Origin: Callorhinchus milii
Taxonomy: Eukaryota
DNA length: 64,000 nucleotides
Assembly: GCF_018977255.1 (NCBI RefSeq)
Contig: NW_024704742.1
Coordinates: 63,180,001 to 63,244,000 of the forward strand
Reading direction: 5' to 3'
Under the pieces are notes generated by a model. It was given only the letters and a program-made list of their open reading frames with translations. It ran no database searches and was not told where the DNA came from. The position numbers and the translations under genes are program-made. Below, in pieces: positions 52,200 to 64,000 of the stretch (positions are counted from its first letter, which is position 1; each line of letters opens with the position of its first letter).

Positions 52200-52580
52200 A
52201 ACGCCTTTGCATTGGGAGGGTGTCTCAAAGCATTTCACAGGAAAAATTGTAAAGTGCAGTGACTGTGTGTTTTGTGGGCAAATGTGGCAGCCAATTTGCA
52301 CTCAGCAATGTACTACAAACAGGCAGGAAGTGAATGATCAATTTTATTTAGCGATTGTAGGCCAGAGCACTGGGAGAAACTTCCTTCTCTTTTCGAATAG
52401 CACTATGGGATCTTTAACATCCACTTGAACAGTCAGACAGGGCCTCATTTGATGTCTCATCTAAAGCACCACAATGGAGCTCCAGCCTGGACTGTGAGTT
52501 CCAAGTCCTGACATGGAGCTTGAACCCACAACCTTCTGACTCAGGGGCGCGAGATTCCTACCAACTGAGCCAGACTGACA
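52200..52580 (-). mobile_element. Deu-domain SINE
   Basis: Deu core and tRNA-like head on the reverse strand. Confidence 0.8.
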
Positions 52581-54310
52581 CACAAACTAGATCAGACCAA
52601 TTGTAGAATGAGTTTAATTTATTTAACCATGAGCCCATTTGGGGAACTTTAACCAGTCTAAGTCTAATTTAGGGTGGAGGCTTACCTTTTTGTATCTCCC
52701 CTCCGTTAGTAAGCTTTTGACTGCAGCTGCCAACTTTCAGGTTTGTGGCTTACAGGCATTTCATGGACATTTGCTATACTTGAAACAGCACATCCTCATA
52801 CCAACAAGCATCAGAATAATGATTCCCAGTCCATGGCAGCTCCCAGATGATTTTGTGCTATAGTTTATATTGTTGTATTGATCTGATCTGTGGTGTTTTT
52901 ATGTTTTTCTTTTGTTAAAAAGGAAACAAAGAAAATTCCACTGTGCAATAAAACTGCAGGCAAATCCCTGTTTAATTATTGAGGCAGTCGGCAGTTATCA
53001 CTGCCAAGCAGCTTACAATATATAGACTGCAACAAGCATTCGGCATCACTAAATGCAAATACAGCAGGTTAAAAAAAATATGATTTAACAACAAAGGTTT
53101 AAGCTATATTCTAAATTACCAAATTATTTTTCATTACACTTCATACTGCGGGGAACATTACAGTAATAATAAATACTTTAATAATACTTCAGGATGTAAG
53201 AAGGTTTAAGAATATTTTGCTAACAATACTATAAGACTGAGCAGATGGTACATGCCTTATGGAGGAGTTATTTTATTTATCATTATTACGATTATTTCAC
53301 TTCGTGGCTAAATTAAGAAAGTAGAAAATTGCTGTGCACAAATTGATTGCTATGATTCCCAAGAAACCACAGTCACTCTGAAATGTATATTATTATTCAT
53401 ACTAATTATTAATAATAATAGCATTTGATATAGCCTTTAACATTGGGAATACATCTCAAAGCGGAACACCAGATGTTATTGTGAAGTGTAGTGACTATGT
53501 ATTTTGGCCTGTTATCCTGTGTGCTATTACTTAAATTATTGATTATTCGAGAGTCTGTCACTGAACCTTTGTGTCTATGTAGATTAGTTATATATTTTTT
53601 AAGGTTTAAAAATTTCAAGGACAGAAAAAGTCACTTAAGTCCAACAAGCCCTTCTATTTCATGGACTTTTTGATAGAATTTTAATTCTGATCACAGCTCA
53701 AAAGAAATGATTAATAACTGACTTGTGCATCATTCTTTTTTTAAATCAGTTGTATGTTGGAAATCCATCACCACACTTAAGACTTCTCAAGCCAAACTAC
53801 TGAGAGTTCTATATATGTGTGCAAATTTCCCTTTCTTTAACAGATTCACAGTTATAGAAACTCAATGATTACGCATTTCTTATTGAAGAGATTTGCTAAG
53901 GAACACTGCAAAAAAGACCCATAACATCTGAAAAACTAATTCTGCAAATGTGCTGGATATCTTACAGAGTGATTGTCGGAGAGCATTCGTATTGAACATG
54001 TCAGGCATTGTTTATAAACTGAGACAGTAAATCATTCCCTCATAATCTTTTTTTATCAAATAAATCGCAAATTTGTTGGGGCAGTTATATTCCATTTTTC
54101 CTCCCTTTTACATTTCTGCCTATGGGTGGCCTAGCAAATATCATCCAAGCAGAGCAGAACATGTGGTTTATACAGGATTTTTGACAACATTTCAGACTTT
54201 ACTGTACCTGATGGTTACCTGAGTAAAGCGATTATGGTAATATATGACTGTCGGTAAAAAGTCATGAATTTCCAACAGTGCTTTTTCAAGAAATGTGTTT
54301 AATAAGATTT

Positions 54311-54445
54311 ATTTAATAATAGTCGTGAATATATATGAACAATCTTTAACCACCAGAATGAATATTTTGCATGTTCACACATGAACATGTATAATATTCC
54401 TTCAAGTGGTTAAAGATTGTTCATATATTTTCATAACTATTAAAT
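54311..54445. repeat. Long hairpin / inverted repeat, ~65-bp arms, 4-nt loop
   Basis: 54331-54353 is the exact reverse complement of 54406-54428 (23/23); pairing extends inward to ATGTTCA/TGAACAT and outward to ATTTAATA/TATTAAAT. Confidence 0.95.
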
Positions 54446-54588
54446 AGTGCCTTTTGAATTCGTGCATATTTATAATGGAAACAAAAGTTTGCAGTTCAGC
54501 AGACGGTTCAAAGCTTGAATTTATCTAGCCTTAGCCAGTAAGACTATTTTTTGTCTTAAACCTTAGAATTAATTGGCTTAAACTTTAA

Positions 54589-54648
54589 ACGTCCTCCCGA
54601 CGTGAAAAGCGCTATATCAAATGCAAGGATTATTATTATTATTATTAT
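54589..54648 (+). mobile_element. Tail-only (~60 nt) young SINE insertion
   Basis: ACGTCCTCCCGACGTGAAAAGCGCTATATCAAATGCAAGG(ATT)n, identical to the young copies. Confidence 0.9.
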
Positions 54649-55724
54649 TTAGACACTATTCCGCATGACGGGCACAATATTATAGGAACATAGGAACATA
54701 TCAATATAAATTCTTATTGTTGTTAACCTTTAGGATTACAAGTTATTGTGGAAAAATCCTAAATTTATTCTTACTTTGGGAGTTGGGTTTTCCAAAGTTT
54801 AACAACAACAACAAATTACAATTGTATAGTGTCTTTCAGTTCAGGAGAATGTCTGACGTCAAATTTTAAAGCAAACTAGTTTTTATAGCCTTGGAACCAG
54901 GTGGAATTTCAGTCCTGTGATCGAAATATGCAAAGCAAACTCAAATATCAAATCAACTATCCTTAATGATTGACCTGCTCATGTTCCACCCTCATCAGGA
55001 AGATAGGTTAGAGTAAGGGTTGAGAGTTAAGAGTGAAAGAGGCAAGGATGGAATCTGACCAAAAGAAGCGGAGGTGAAGGTGGTCAAAACAATCATTAAT
55101 TTATTTGTTGCAAAACATAAAAAATAATAATAATCCTTGCACTTGATATAGTGCCTATCACATTAGGAAAACTCCTCCAAGCGATTGTATTGTACTGGAA
55201 TACTACTGCCAATTTGAACACAGCAGCAATAAGTAATAGGTGTTGCTAATAGAGACTTCTGCTGATAAATGTAGACTTCACAAAGGATTAAGTTGAACTG
55301 CAAACTTTTGTTTTAATAATAAGTAGCCATGAATTCAAAGGCTCCATTTAATAGTCATTAATAAATATATGTAACTACTTGGTCGAATATTATGCATGTT
55401 CATGTATTGTAGGAACTCTAGTGGAAATTCATGAAGTGTCTGGATAGCCATGACATATCTTATTAATTTCTCCATACATTATATATTATATATATAAATA
55501 AAAGCTACAGTGGATCCTAGTGTCCTCTCAGAAAGGATACCAAGTCAGTTCCATATTGTTGCTGAAAAATGATTTGAAACCAATGTATATAATAATCTAC
55601 AAAGGACTGATGACAAACAAATCCACAAATGTTAGAGGCAGGTTACATTTAGCTGTTCAGACCTCAGGAAATATGTCGCTTTACAGAAGGTAATCAACAG
55701 TTGGAACTGATCTGTAATCATTAT

Positions 55725-56118
55725 CATTATCCTTACATTTGGTATAACACCTTTGATGTCAAAAAGTCCTCCACAGGATGCATTGTAACGTGTAGTGACT
55801 GTGCATTTTGTAGGTGAACACGGCGACTATTTGCACACAGTACTGCCCCACCAACATCCATGAATTGTGTGTGTGGGGTGGGGGGGTTGGGGGTGGGGGG
55901 TGATTGTTGTTCGGCACAACGGGAGAAAGTGCCATCTGTAATGTCTATCTGAACAGACAGACAGGACCTCAACTTCATGTGTCATTCAAAGGACAGCACA
56001 TCAGAATTCCCCCAGCACTATTTGAGCCTAAACAGTGAGAACAAAGTTCTGATAGGAACTTGAACCCACAACTTTTTGACTCGGAGGCAAGTATGCTACC
56101 ACCTAATCTAGGTTGACA
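55725..56118 (-). mobile_element. Degraded Deu-domain SINE
   Basis: Tail, Deu core remnant and head on the reverse strand. Confidence 0.7.
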
Positions 56119-57899
56119 TCTGAATGAGTCCATCATCATTTCAAGCCACCGTTCCTGGTAAACTGTTCCAGTCATTAATTTCCCTCTGCGTAAAGGAACA
56201 CTAGCTGATGTCTGTCCTGAAATTGCAATTTGCAACCTTGAACCTGTGCACTCTTGTTCTGCTTTTTCAGTGTGTCCACTAGTATTATTCTGAGTTTACT
56301 TTCTCTATCCCATTGTACCTCTATAAGGTTTCCTCTGTGATTCCTCCTGCCTTGACTCAAGTGCCCCAGTTTGTCTAATCATTGTTGATAGAGAGCTCAT
56401 TGGGGTCTAACACTGGGGTCATCCTGGTTTCATGTGCACCTTTGACTGTGTTTAGGAACACAAATGGTTTGTCTAATCTCAAGGACAAAAAGAACATAAA
56501 AAATACATATTTCAACATTGCAAAACTCCTGAGAATAACTTTTGCAAAGCTTCCGTTATTTGTGCTTTTGTTTTGAAGCATAAAGATTGCTGAAAGGAAG
56601 TGTTACCTGCATGTAGAGTCCTAGGGAAATTACTGTTGTTTTAAATTTGAAACAAGAGCAAGAATTCCCTCTGCAGGTCGTGCGGTTTTACTACATCATT
56701 GTCCACGACTTCAAAGGAACGGTCTATAGTTTAGTTCTTTACTGACCTTTGAGTTCAATGGGCATTATTTTCTGCCTAGTTTAGCAAAATCCCATTGTAA
56801 GTACACACCACAAACCTGGTAAATTTCCCAGTCAGCTAAGAATCATTTTCAGTAAGGTGGAATATTAACAGCTGAAGTATTGGAATTCAATATGCCAGTG
56901 GAATATACTGGTTAAAGAGAAAAAAAAATGCATTTCTATCTGTAGTGCCTAAGTCCTTGAAATGTCTCGAAATGTTTCAGGCCATTACTGTCAACTGTAG
57001 TGGCTGTTTTATTTGTTGGCAAAACAGCAGTCATTTTGCACACAGACAGCCATGAGGTGAAAGACCAATTAATTTGGAGGATTGTTGTCTAGGACACCAC
57101 TGCCACGGAATCTTTTAACAGCCACTGCCTGAACTCAGTTTAGCACCTCATCCCAAGGACAAGAAGTGATATATTTTTAAGGATGACTTTAGTCGTGTAT
57201 GTTTCCATTAAGCACATCGTTATTAATAGGTTGTGCTACATTGCTTATTTCGCCGTTAGCATTTTAAAAAGTCTGTAATCTAAGAAAAACGCTGAAACCT
57301 GTTTCTCCGATATATTGCTTTAAGCAGTGAAGTAAAAGTAGAGCAGGAAACCTGATTTATACTTTTTCAATCCAAATCCCATTGACCAGAGGGGTTGTTT
57401 AAAAAAAACATTCATTATTGGGCATTGATTACATGCAGAATATTTTGTGAACATCTGTGAAGAGTTTATCATTTGGGATGGAACAGGGATAGATTTGCAC
57501 CCATTGCAGCAAGGTTAATCAAAGTGCTGCCAAAAGCTCAGTTTCAGGGCAGACACCAGAAAGAGTGTTACACAGAGGTTAATTAACAGCTCTAACATAA
57601 AGGTTGGAAGGGTAATATAGGTCATGATACTGGACATATTTAAGAATCGGCTTGATGTTGTAATGAGAAAATATTAGGTTTGACAATCTGGAACCATGGG
57701 GTTAAATGGGCTGACGGGCATTCTTTATCCAAACTTCTTTTGTGATCAAGATCACAAGAAGAGTTTGAATAAACAACAACAACTTACATTTATATAGCAT
57801 CCCTCACGCATGGTAGTGTCCCTTTCAACCCGTTTCATCTCTTCTTTCCAGAATACCATCTCCTCATGACAAATCTCCTCATGAAAAACCCTTTTTTTT

Positions 57900-58200
57900 T
57901 TCAAATGACAAAGGTGGCCTGCTCTCAATTGCCCTTCCTGTTATCCCATTCCAGTTGTTAATTATTTGCTAGTTAACTAAATACTTCCTGGTGTCCACCT
58001 GGAATTGACTTTGCAACATTGAACTTGTGCTCGATTGTGCTGTTTGGCATATTTGAAAGGATGGTTCTTGGTTTACATTTTCAATCCCATTTAATAATTT
58101 ATATACCTCTATAAGGTCTACCTCTGAGATATCTCTTTTCAAGACTGAAGAACCCCAGCTCATCTAATCATTGTTCACAGCTCATTCCTCTAACACTGGT
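57900..58200 (-). mobile_element. Degraded CR1 3' fragment
   Basis: DLIEVYKLLNGIENVN motif. Confidence 0.7.
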
Positions 58201-58605
58201 GCTTTCCTTTATAATAATGGTAATCCTTACATTTGATATCACACCTTATCACGTTATTGAGATGTCTCAAGTGCTTCACAGAATATAATATATTGCAAAA
58301 TGGGTGAACTGTTTATTTTATGGGTGAGACACAGGACCCAATTGCACACAGCAGTGTCCCATAAATCTTCATAGATTGAATAACCATTTTTTTCTTTTAG
58401 AGGGAAACTGCTTTGCATTGCTTCTTAGGCCTGGACGGTCCTTTTTTGTGTCCCATTGTAGAACAACATCTTTCAGCTCTTCATCAAACATGATGGTGAG
58501 TTATAAAGGCATAGATTAGGGAATGATTAAAGGAGGTGCCATAAGAATTACCAAAATCCATGTTTGTTGAAAACAGTTTCTTTATTCATTCCATGCAGTT
58601 TGTAG

Positions 58606-58623
58606 AAGCTGATGCAGCAACAG
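58606..58623 (+). CDS. Candidate 18-nt microexon (or 25 nt from 58599)
   Basis: TTTCTTTATTCATTCCATGCAGTTTGTAG acceptor region and CAG|GTAATT donor. Confidence 0.25.
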
Positions 58624-59670
58624 GTAATTGTGTGTTTGATTCAGTCGTCTGTATGGAAGCTGGAAGTGCAATTTATTGAGTTAAAACAAACATCTCAAGG
58701 CAATTGAATCTGCTTAAAAGAATCCTTCAGCGTGTATTGTGAAAAGTTCCAATGAACGTTTTTTGAGACTGTCTCGGTTTTCTCTGTAATGGTTATTGAT
58801 GTTTTTCTGGCCAAACCCGCACTTGTTTCCTGATGCACTCATATATTTCCTTATGCAACTAAAACAATGGTCTGCTTACAAAATGACATTATTAATTAGA
58901 TTAGCCCCCTCATGAAGGGATAACAAACAAAATGAGGTTACTTAATGTTAGTTAAACATATTCAAAATGCCGGTCATTTTACTGCATGTTTAAAGGAGAA
59001 TTGATCAGGTACTGCATTGGATTATTCAACGCAAGCATGTACTAATCTGGTATAGCGGACTCTAAATTTACAGTTAGGCAACTTCAACAAGGAAAATCTA
59101 CTGAAACCATTGTTATTAAACAACACAAATGTCTTACAAAATAAACTTCCAATGAAAAAATGTCCTTATGTAGTAGGTTGAAACCTTCATGTTAAGGTTG
59201 AAATCTTCAATTATATATTGAATTTATAAAACATTCCAGACATTTATATGACTAATGCTCCTTGGTTCACATCTGGTGTGATTATCTTCCAAGATTTTAG
59301 CAGCTTTTATACTTAATTCTCACAATACTGTTGTTTTATGCCTATAGTATTCTAAAATAACATTGTCATATGTTGCACCAAAAACAGATCAGTTACATAT
59401 TTATGAGAAATTAATTTTATATTTTAGGACAAGAGTTTTTTTAAACTACAGTATTTTGTTTAACTATTTTATAGCAGTATTGTGAGACTAAATATCTTCA
59501 CCCCCCCACCATCCCACTGGTCTGGCTACCCAGGGTTTTAGTGTATTGCTATTTGGGTCAGCGTCGCAATATGTGAACTGATAGTGTAAGAAAGGCTCCC
59601 AGATATAGGAATGTTGCTTTATTTGCCAGTAGTCCAGGGTAAATACCCTGAGAGACACTAACATTGTATA

Positions 59671-60420
59671 TGTAAGAAAGCTATTTAACCGGAATTGTGA
59701 TTACAGAACCAGAGGACACATGTACATAATTAACAAGCCTCCAGGATGAATACAGATTAGAAGTGGATGCACAGAATAAGTGCCAGTAAAAGCAATTAGT
59801 ACTGCTGATTAACTGTTTAAAGAAAAGAATAAATAAATGGCCGGTTAGGAAGAATGAGGGTTATTGGAATAAATACAGACAGAGATAGTTTTGCTGTTTT
59901 GCTGCAACTCTGTCGTGCCACCTATGGATAGCAGCCAGCCAGCGTGATATTCGAGAGATTACTCATATATTCCAGAATAATTATTTGTCATTATTAATAA
60001 TAATAATCCTTCATTTGATATAATACCTTTCAAGTCGGGAGGACATCTCAAATCATTTCACAGGATATACTGTATTTTGTGGGCAGGTTTTGCAGAAGTT
60101 TGGTAGGTTGGAGGGTTATTTATGTCATTATATCATTATCATGACCATTATTATGTGTGCACTTGATGGAAGGAATCATTTACTTAATAATAACTCTTCC
60201 ATTTGAAATAGTGTGCTTTATGTCGGGAGAACATCCCAAAGCACTTCACAGGATATAGTGTAAAGTGAATTGATTGTGTATTTTTGTAAATATAAGAAAG
60301 CTATTTAACTGTAATGGTGATCACAGAATTAGACAATACAAAGGTGTAATCAACAGGCTTACAACAAGAAAACAGATTAGAAGTGGATGTGTGGAATAAA
60401 TGCCAGCAAAAACAATTACT
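59671..60420 (+). repeat. Pair of 130-bp ungapped direct repeats (59671-59800 and 60291-60420) of a CR1-like fragment
   Basis: About 75% identity by hand count; translation KLF..RTRGH..IR then VDVWNK. Confidence 0.8.
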
Positions 60421-60649
60421 CCAATATTTTCAGCTAAGTAGACTTTACGCAGAGCAATGTTTTCTTAAACTATTTCTTCTCAGCACTGCTGATAGGTAGC
60501 ATTTGTCTGTCCACCCATCCAGAGTCCAATATTATGAATGTTTGCAGTAATTGCAATATGATTTGACTTTCACTTTGGAAGATGACCACTCTGTGGAGAG
60601 TATTGTGATCAGCCAAGTAAAAAACATCACTTTAATGGTATCCACCAGA

Positions 60650-60925
60650 AACCTTAGGCAAGTTTCCTTACTCCATACACCTCTGTTTACCCAGGAATAA
60701 GTAGGAACCTGGTTGTTAGTTGATTGGCGAATTACTCTCCGGGGGTAAGAATCCCTCCAAAAAAATTCATGCCTCTTTGTGGGACGCGGCTATGCACAAT
60801 TGGCTGCCAGGTTTCGCCCACAAAATACACAGCCAATCCACTTTACAATATATTCTGTGAAGCGTTTTGAGGTGTCTCAACAAGGTGATTTGGTGCTATA
60901 TCAAATGCAAGGATTACTATTATCA
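60650..60925 (+). mobile_element. Older SINE, 5'-truncated
   Basis: Central segment and tail present. Confidence 0.85.
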
Positions 60926-62039
60926 TCATAGGATATAAAACAATGGCAAGGAGCATGGCTGTAACTGTACTGACTGCAAAGAAAATTATTGCAAATTTTG
61001 GTACCATTATTGTATTTTAGCAGACAAGCCCTGAAGCCTCATGTTTACCTGATCAAGCACTCAGTTTTGGCCAGGGAGAGAACTTCTCTTCGGCTGGGAA
61101 ATAAATACTCATCAAAAAGAGAACTTACTGACGCTCTTGGCCTAAGATGTAGAAATCAAAACCCTCACCTCAGAAGCTCTGAACTAAAGCAAAAGGTGGA
61201 TGACTGAATTGGAGAAGGAAGAATTAACTTGCTGGGGGGGGGGGTGCTGCCACTTAGCACTGAAGCCACTTAGCACGTGAAGTTACCACCAGCGATAGCC
61301 AAGGAAGCGTGCAGATTTTACATTCTTGATGGATTTTCTCGGAAACTAATTGGCAACTAGATAGAAAAAAGATAATTTTTGAGATGTTGCAACAGCTTTC
61401 ACTATATTTTCTATCATCTTTGATGTTATTTTCAGTAGGGATCACCGATCACAAGAGAGGTTTGGATAAAGAATGCCCTTCGGACATTTGTTCTCACCTT
61501 TTCATTTCACCACAAAGGAATTTCTATGTGTAGGTGGGTTGCATGGAACTCTCAGTTTAGTTTGGATACTCTTAAACATGGTGATGGGACTTCCATATGT
61601 GTCAGCTATCCCAAAAATGTGATCTCAACATACCAGTATATCCCCTTTGCAGTTCACCCACAAAGCACGCAGTCACTGCTCTTTACAGCATATCCTGTGA
61701 AGCGCTTTGGGATATCCTCCTGACATAAGAGGCATTAAACCAAAGGTAAGGATTTTTATTTTTCCCTCCATCCTCCCATCAAAGCATCAAGATAAACCAG
61801 CAGTGTTAAGTCCTTTGAGACATCCTCCTGACATCCAAGCTACTATATAAATGTAAATTGTATTGTTTTGTGTCAAGTCATTTTATAAATGAGTCCAGTG
61901 TCTTGGCATTAACCACCCTTCCTGCTAACCTATCCCAACCTTGCTAATAATTACCCTCTGGGGAAAGAAATACTTCTTGGGGTCCATCCAGATATTGCCC
62001 TTTGCAACTCTAAATCTTTGTTCTCTTGACCAGCTGCGA

Positions 62040-63483
62040 CTCCAGGTCTGCCAATGTTCTCTCTGCTTGTCTGGCGAACATCAGGGCCTGAATGAGCGAA
62101 AACTCCCTACAACTCAATGTTGACAGGAAGGAAGTCCCTACTCATTGGCTCCTGTCAACATTTTCTATCCGGCGGTTCTGACCTCCTCAACCTCTCCGGC
62201 CTATCCCAAACCAGCGAACAAACTAGGCATCAGGTTCGACCTACAGCTATCCTTCCCCAAATCCAGTCCCTGACCAGGACCACCTTCCTCTACCTCCGCC
62301 AGATTGCCCACCTCCTACCCTACCTTACCCCAGATGCAGGCATAGCACTCGTCCATGCGTTTGTCACCTCGCAACTCGACTTCTCAAATGCCCTCTTTGC
62401 TGATCTCCCCATCTCCACGATGCACAGAATCCAGCTGATCCAAAACTCCCGCATTATCACTTGTACTAATCTCTGTACCCCGATCACACCAATTATAGTC
62501 AGGCTCCACTGGTTCCTTATCGCCGAATGGATCAATTTCAAGATTCTCGCACTTCATGCCCTGGCACCTCCCTACCTCTCCGACCAGCTTATCCCCAACT
62601 CACAACCCTGTGCCTCCATGCAACCGGTTCCAGCCTTCTGTGTGTCTCTTGTGCCCTCCGTTCCACCATTGGTAGCCGTGCTTTCAGCCACTACTCCCCG
62701 AAACTCTGGAGCATATGTTGGGAATTCTGATCCCATGGTTCAAAATATGACTCGACAATCCAATATTGGTGCAACAGTAATTTTATTAATCAAAGTAACT
62801 TTAACAAAGCACTAATAATATACAGATATATTAAAATGTATACTACCAGGCTCCGGAGCAGTCGATGGTGATGGCTTCTGATGACTTTAAGTCGTTTTTG
62901 AAGGGTCTCTCTATTCCTGAGTCTGCTGCCCAACTGCTCTAAAGTTAGGGTAGTTATACTTTTTTGCCCCATTAAACCACCCCTGAGTTTGCTCAATCAG
63001 GGTTAAGCCACATATACTTTCTTTGTGTTAGTTTCTTATCTACCTTCGACCGACATCCCAGGCCTCTTGAGTTAAACCAGCCAGCTCATCATTCTCTGTT
63101 GGATGACGACTTGTTTATCTCCTGCTCAAGGCCTCGAGGCCAGTGCCTATCGCATGCTGATACAGACCTTTCATCTACATGATGAGGTTTTACTCGAACA
63201 AGGTTAATGGTTCTTAAGAATGGTTAAGTGTGTTAACAGGAGTGTATGTTTCTATCTTATCAGAGTGAGACCGGTTCCTCGTGTCTCGAGGAGTGTGCTG
63301 AGCATTATTCTCAAATTGACCTTTCTCAACAACTCTTTCTCTATTCCTCTGCCTTGCCCCTTCCTCCCCCATCTTCAGGTTGTATCTGAAGACCTTCCTA
63401 TTTGACTGTGCCTATGGTCACCTTCCCCTCCACCAGGCTTGTCAAGCACTCTGGGCCTCAATATAAATGTAAGTTGTTGTTGT
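62040..63483 (+). mobile_element. L2 LINE 3' part split by an LTR-like insertion (pieces ~62040-62715 and 63332-63483)
   Basis: ALVHAFVTSQLDFSNALF..RLHWF..ALAPPYLSD..RAFSHYSPKLW; resumes after 63331 and ends in (GTT)n. Confidence 0.88.
62716..63331 (-). mobile_element. Probable solo LTR (616 bp)
   Basis: TGTTGGGAA...TTCTCAACA inverted termini (8/9); AATAAA on the minus strand near 62782; cleanly interrupts an L2; no clean TSD. Confidence 0.6.
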
Positions 63484-64000
63484 TCTACTGTCTTGGTGCC
63501 TCGAAAAGTATTCTTCTGGGTTAATTTTCTCAATTCCATTTCCATGGGTTTGCAGTTGAATCTGACTGAACCCTGCTTGCGTGATGTTGATCTAACAAAT
63601 GCAAGCTGATTTACCAATCATATTTAGGAGGAATTATAAATTGTGGAGAATATGCTTTCACAAGGCTACATTCTCAATGGAACATGTTCAACGTTGCCTT
63701 GTAGTCATCGCTAAGGCTTGTGATTCAATATATAAAAGAAGTACCACTTTCTTAAAAAATGACTTTTATGCAGCTTACAATAACAATTGATATCATTCTA
63801 TCTGAACAATATGTTTTGGCTTCACCTTAACTCTTTGTCTGTCTGCCACATGTCAGGCTTGTAACACCTTGGGATTGTACTGATAGTCAGAAATAATTTC
63901 TATTTAGGATTAGAAATGCTGGTATTTACAGCAGTCATGTTGCTTGCTGTCAGGCAAAGACATAAAATGTACCTACAATGAAAGGATTTCAGATTTTATG

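Noticed and set aside
62117..62815. 232-aa ORF
   Set aside because: Decayed L2 sequence reading into the LTR-like insertion
1..64000. CRISPR arrays, rRNA genes or operon-like systems
   Set aside because: Eukaryotic repeat-rich DNA with no regularly spaced repeats or long intact ORFs

Overview
Repeat-dense vertebrate intronic or intergenic DNA with no long intact gene. The repeat complement (tRNA-Ala-headed SINEs, Deu-domain SINEs, L2, CR1) is typical of a cartilaginous fish, probably a chimaera such as Callorhinchus (inference). Most listed ORFs are broken L2/CR1 ORF2 pieces or SINE read-throughs. Also present: an internally deleted hAT transposon, tiny hAT and pogo-like MITEs, two probable solo LTRs, multi-layer nested insertions, long hairpins and several small candidate exons of an unidentified host gene. 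I found no clearly new multi-gene system. The best leads are a covarying SINE/L2 3' stem-loop with a young recombinant SINE subfamily, the hairpins at ~54.3 kb and ~45.3 kb, and the candidate exons. Repeat boundaries were read by eye and are approximate.
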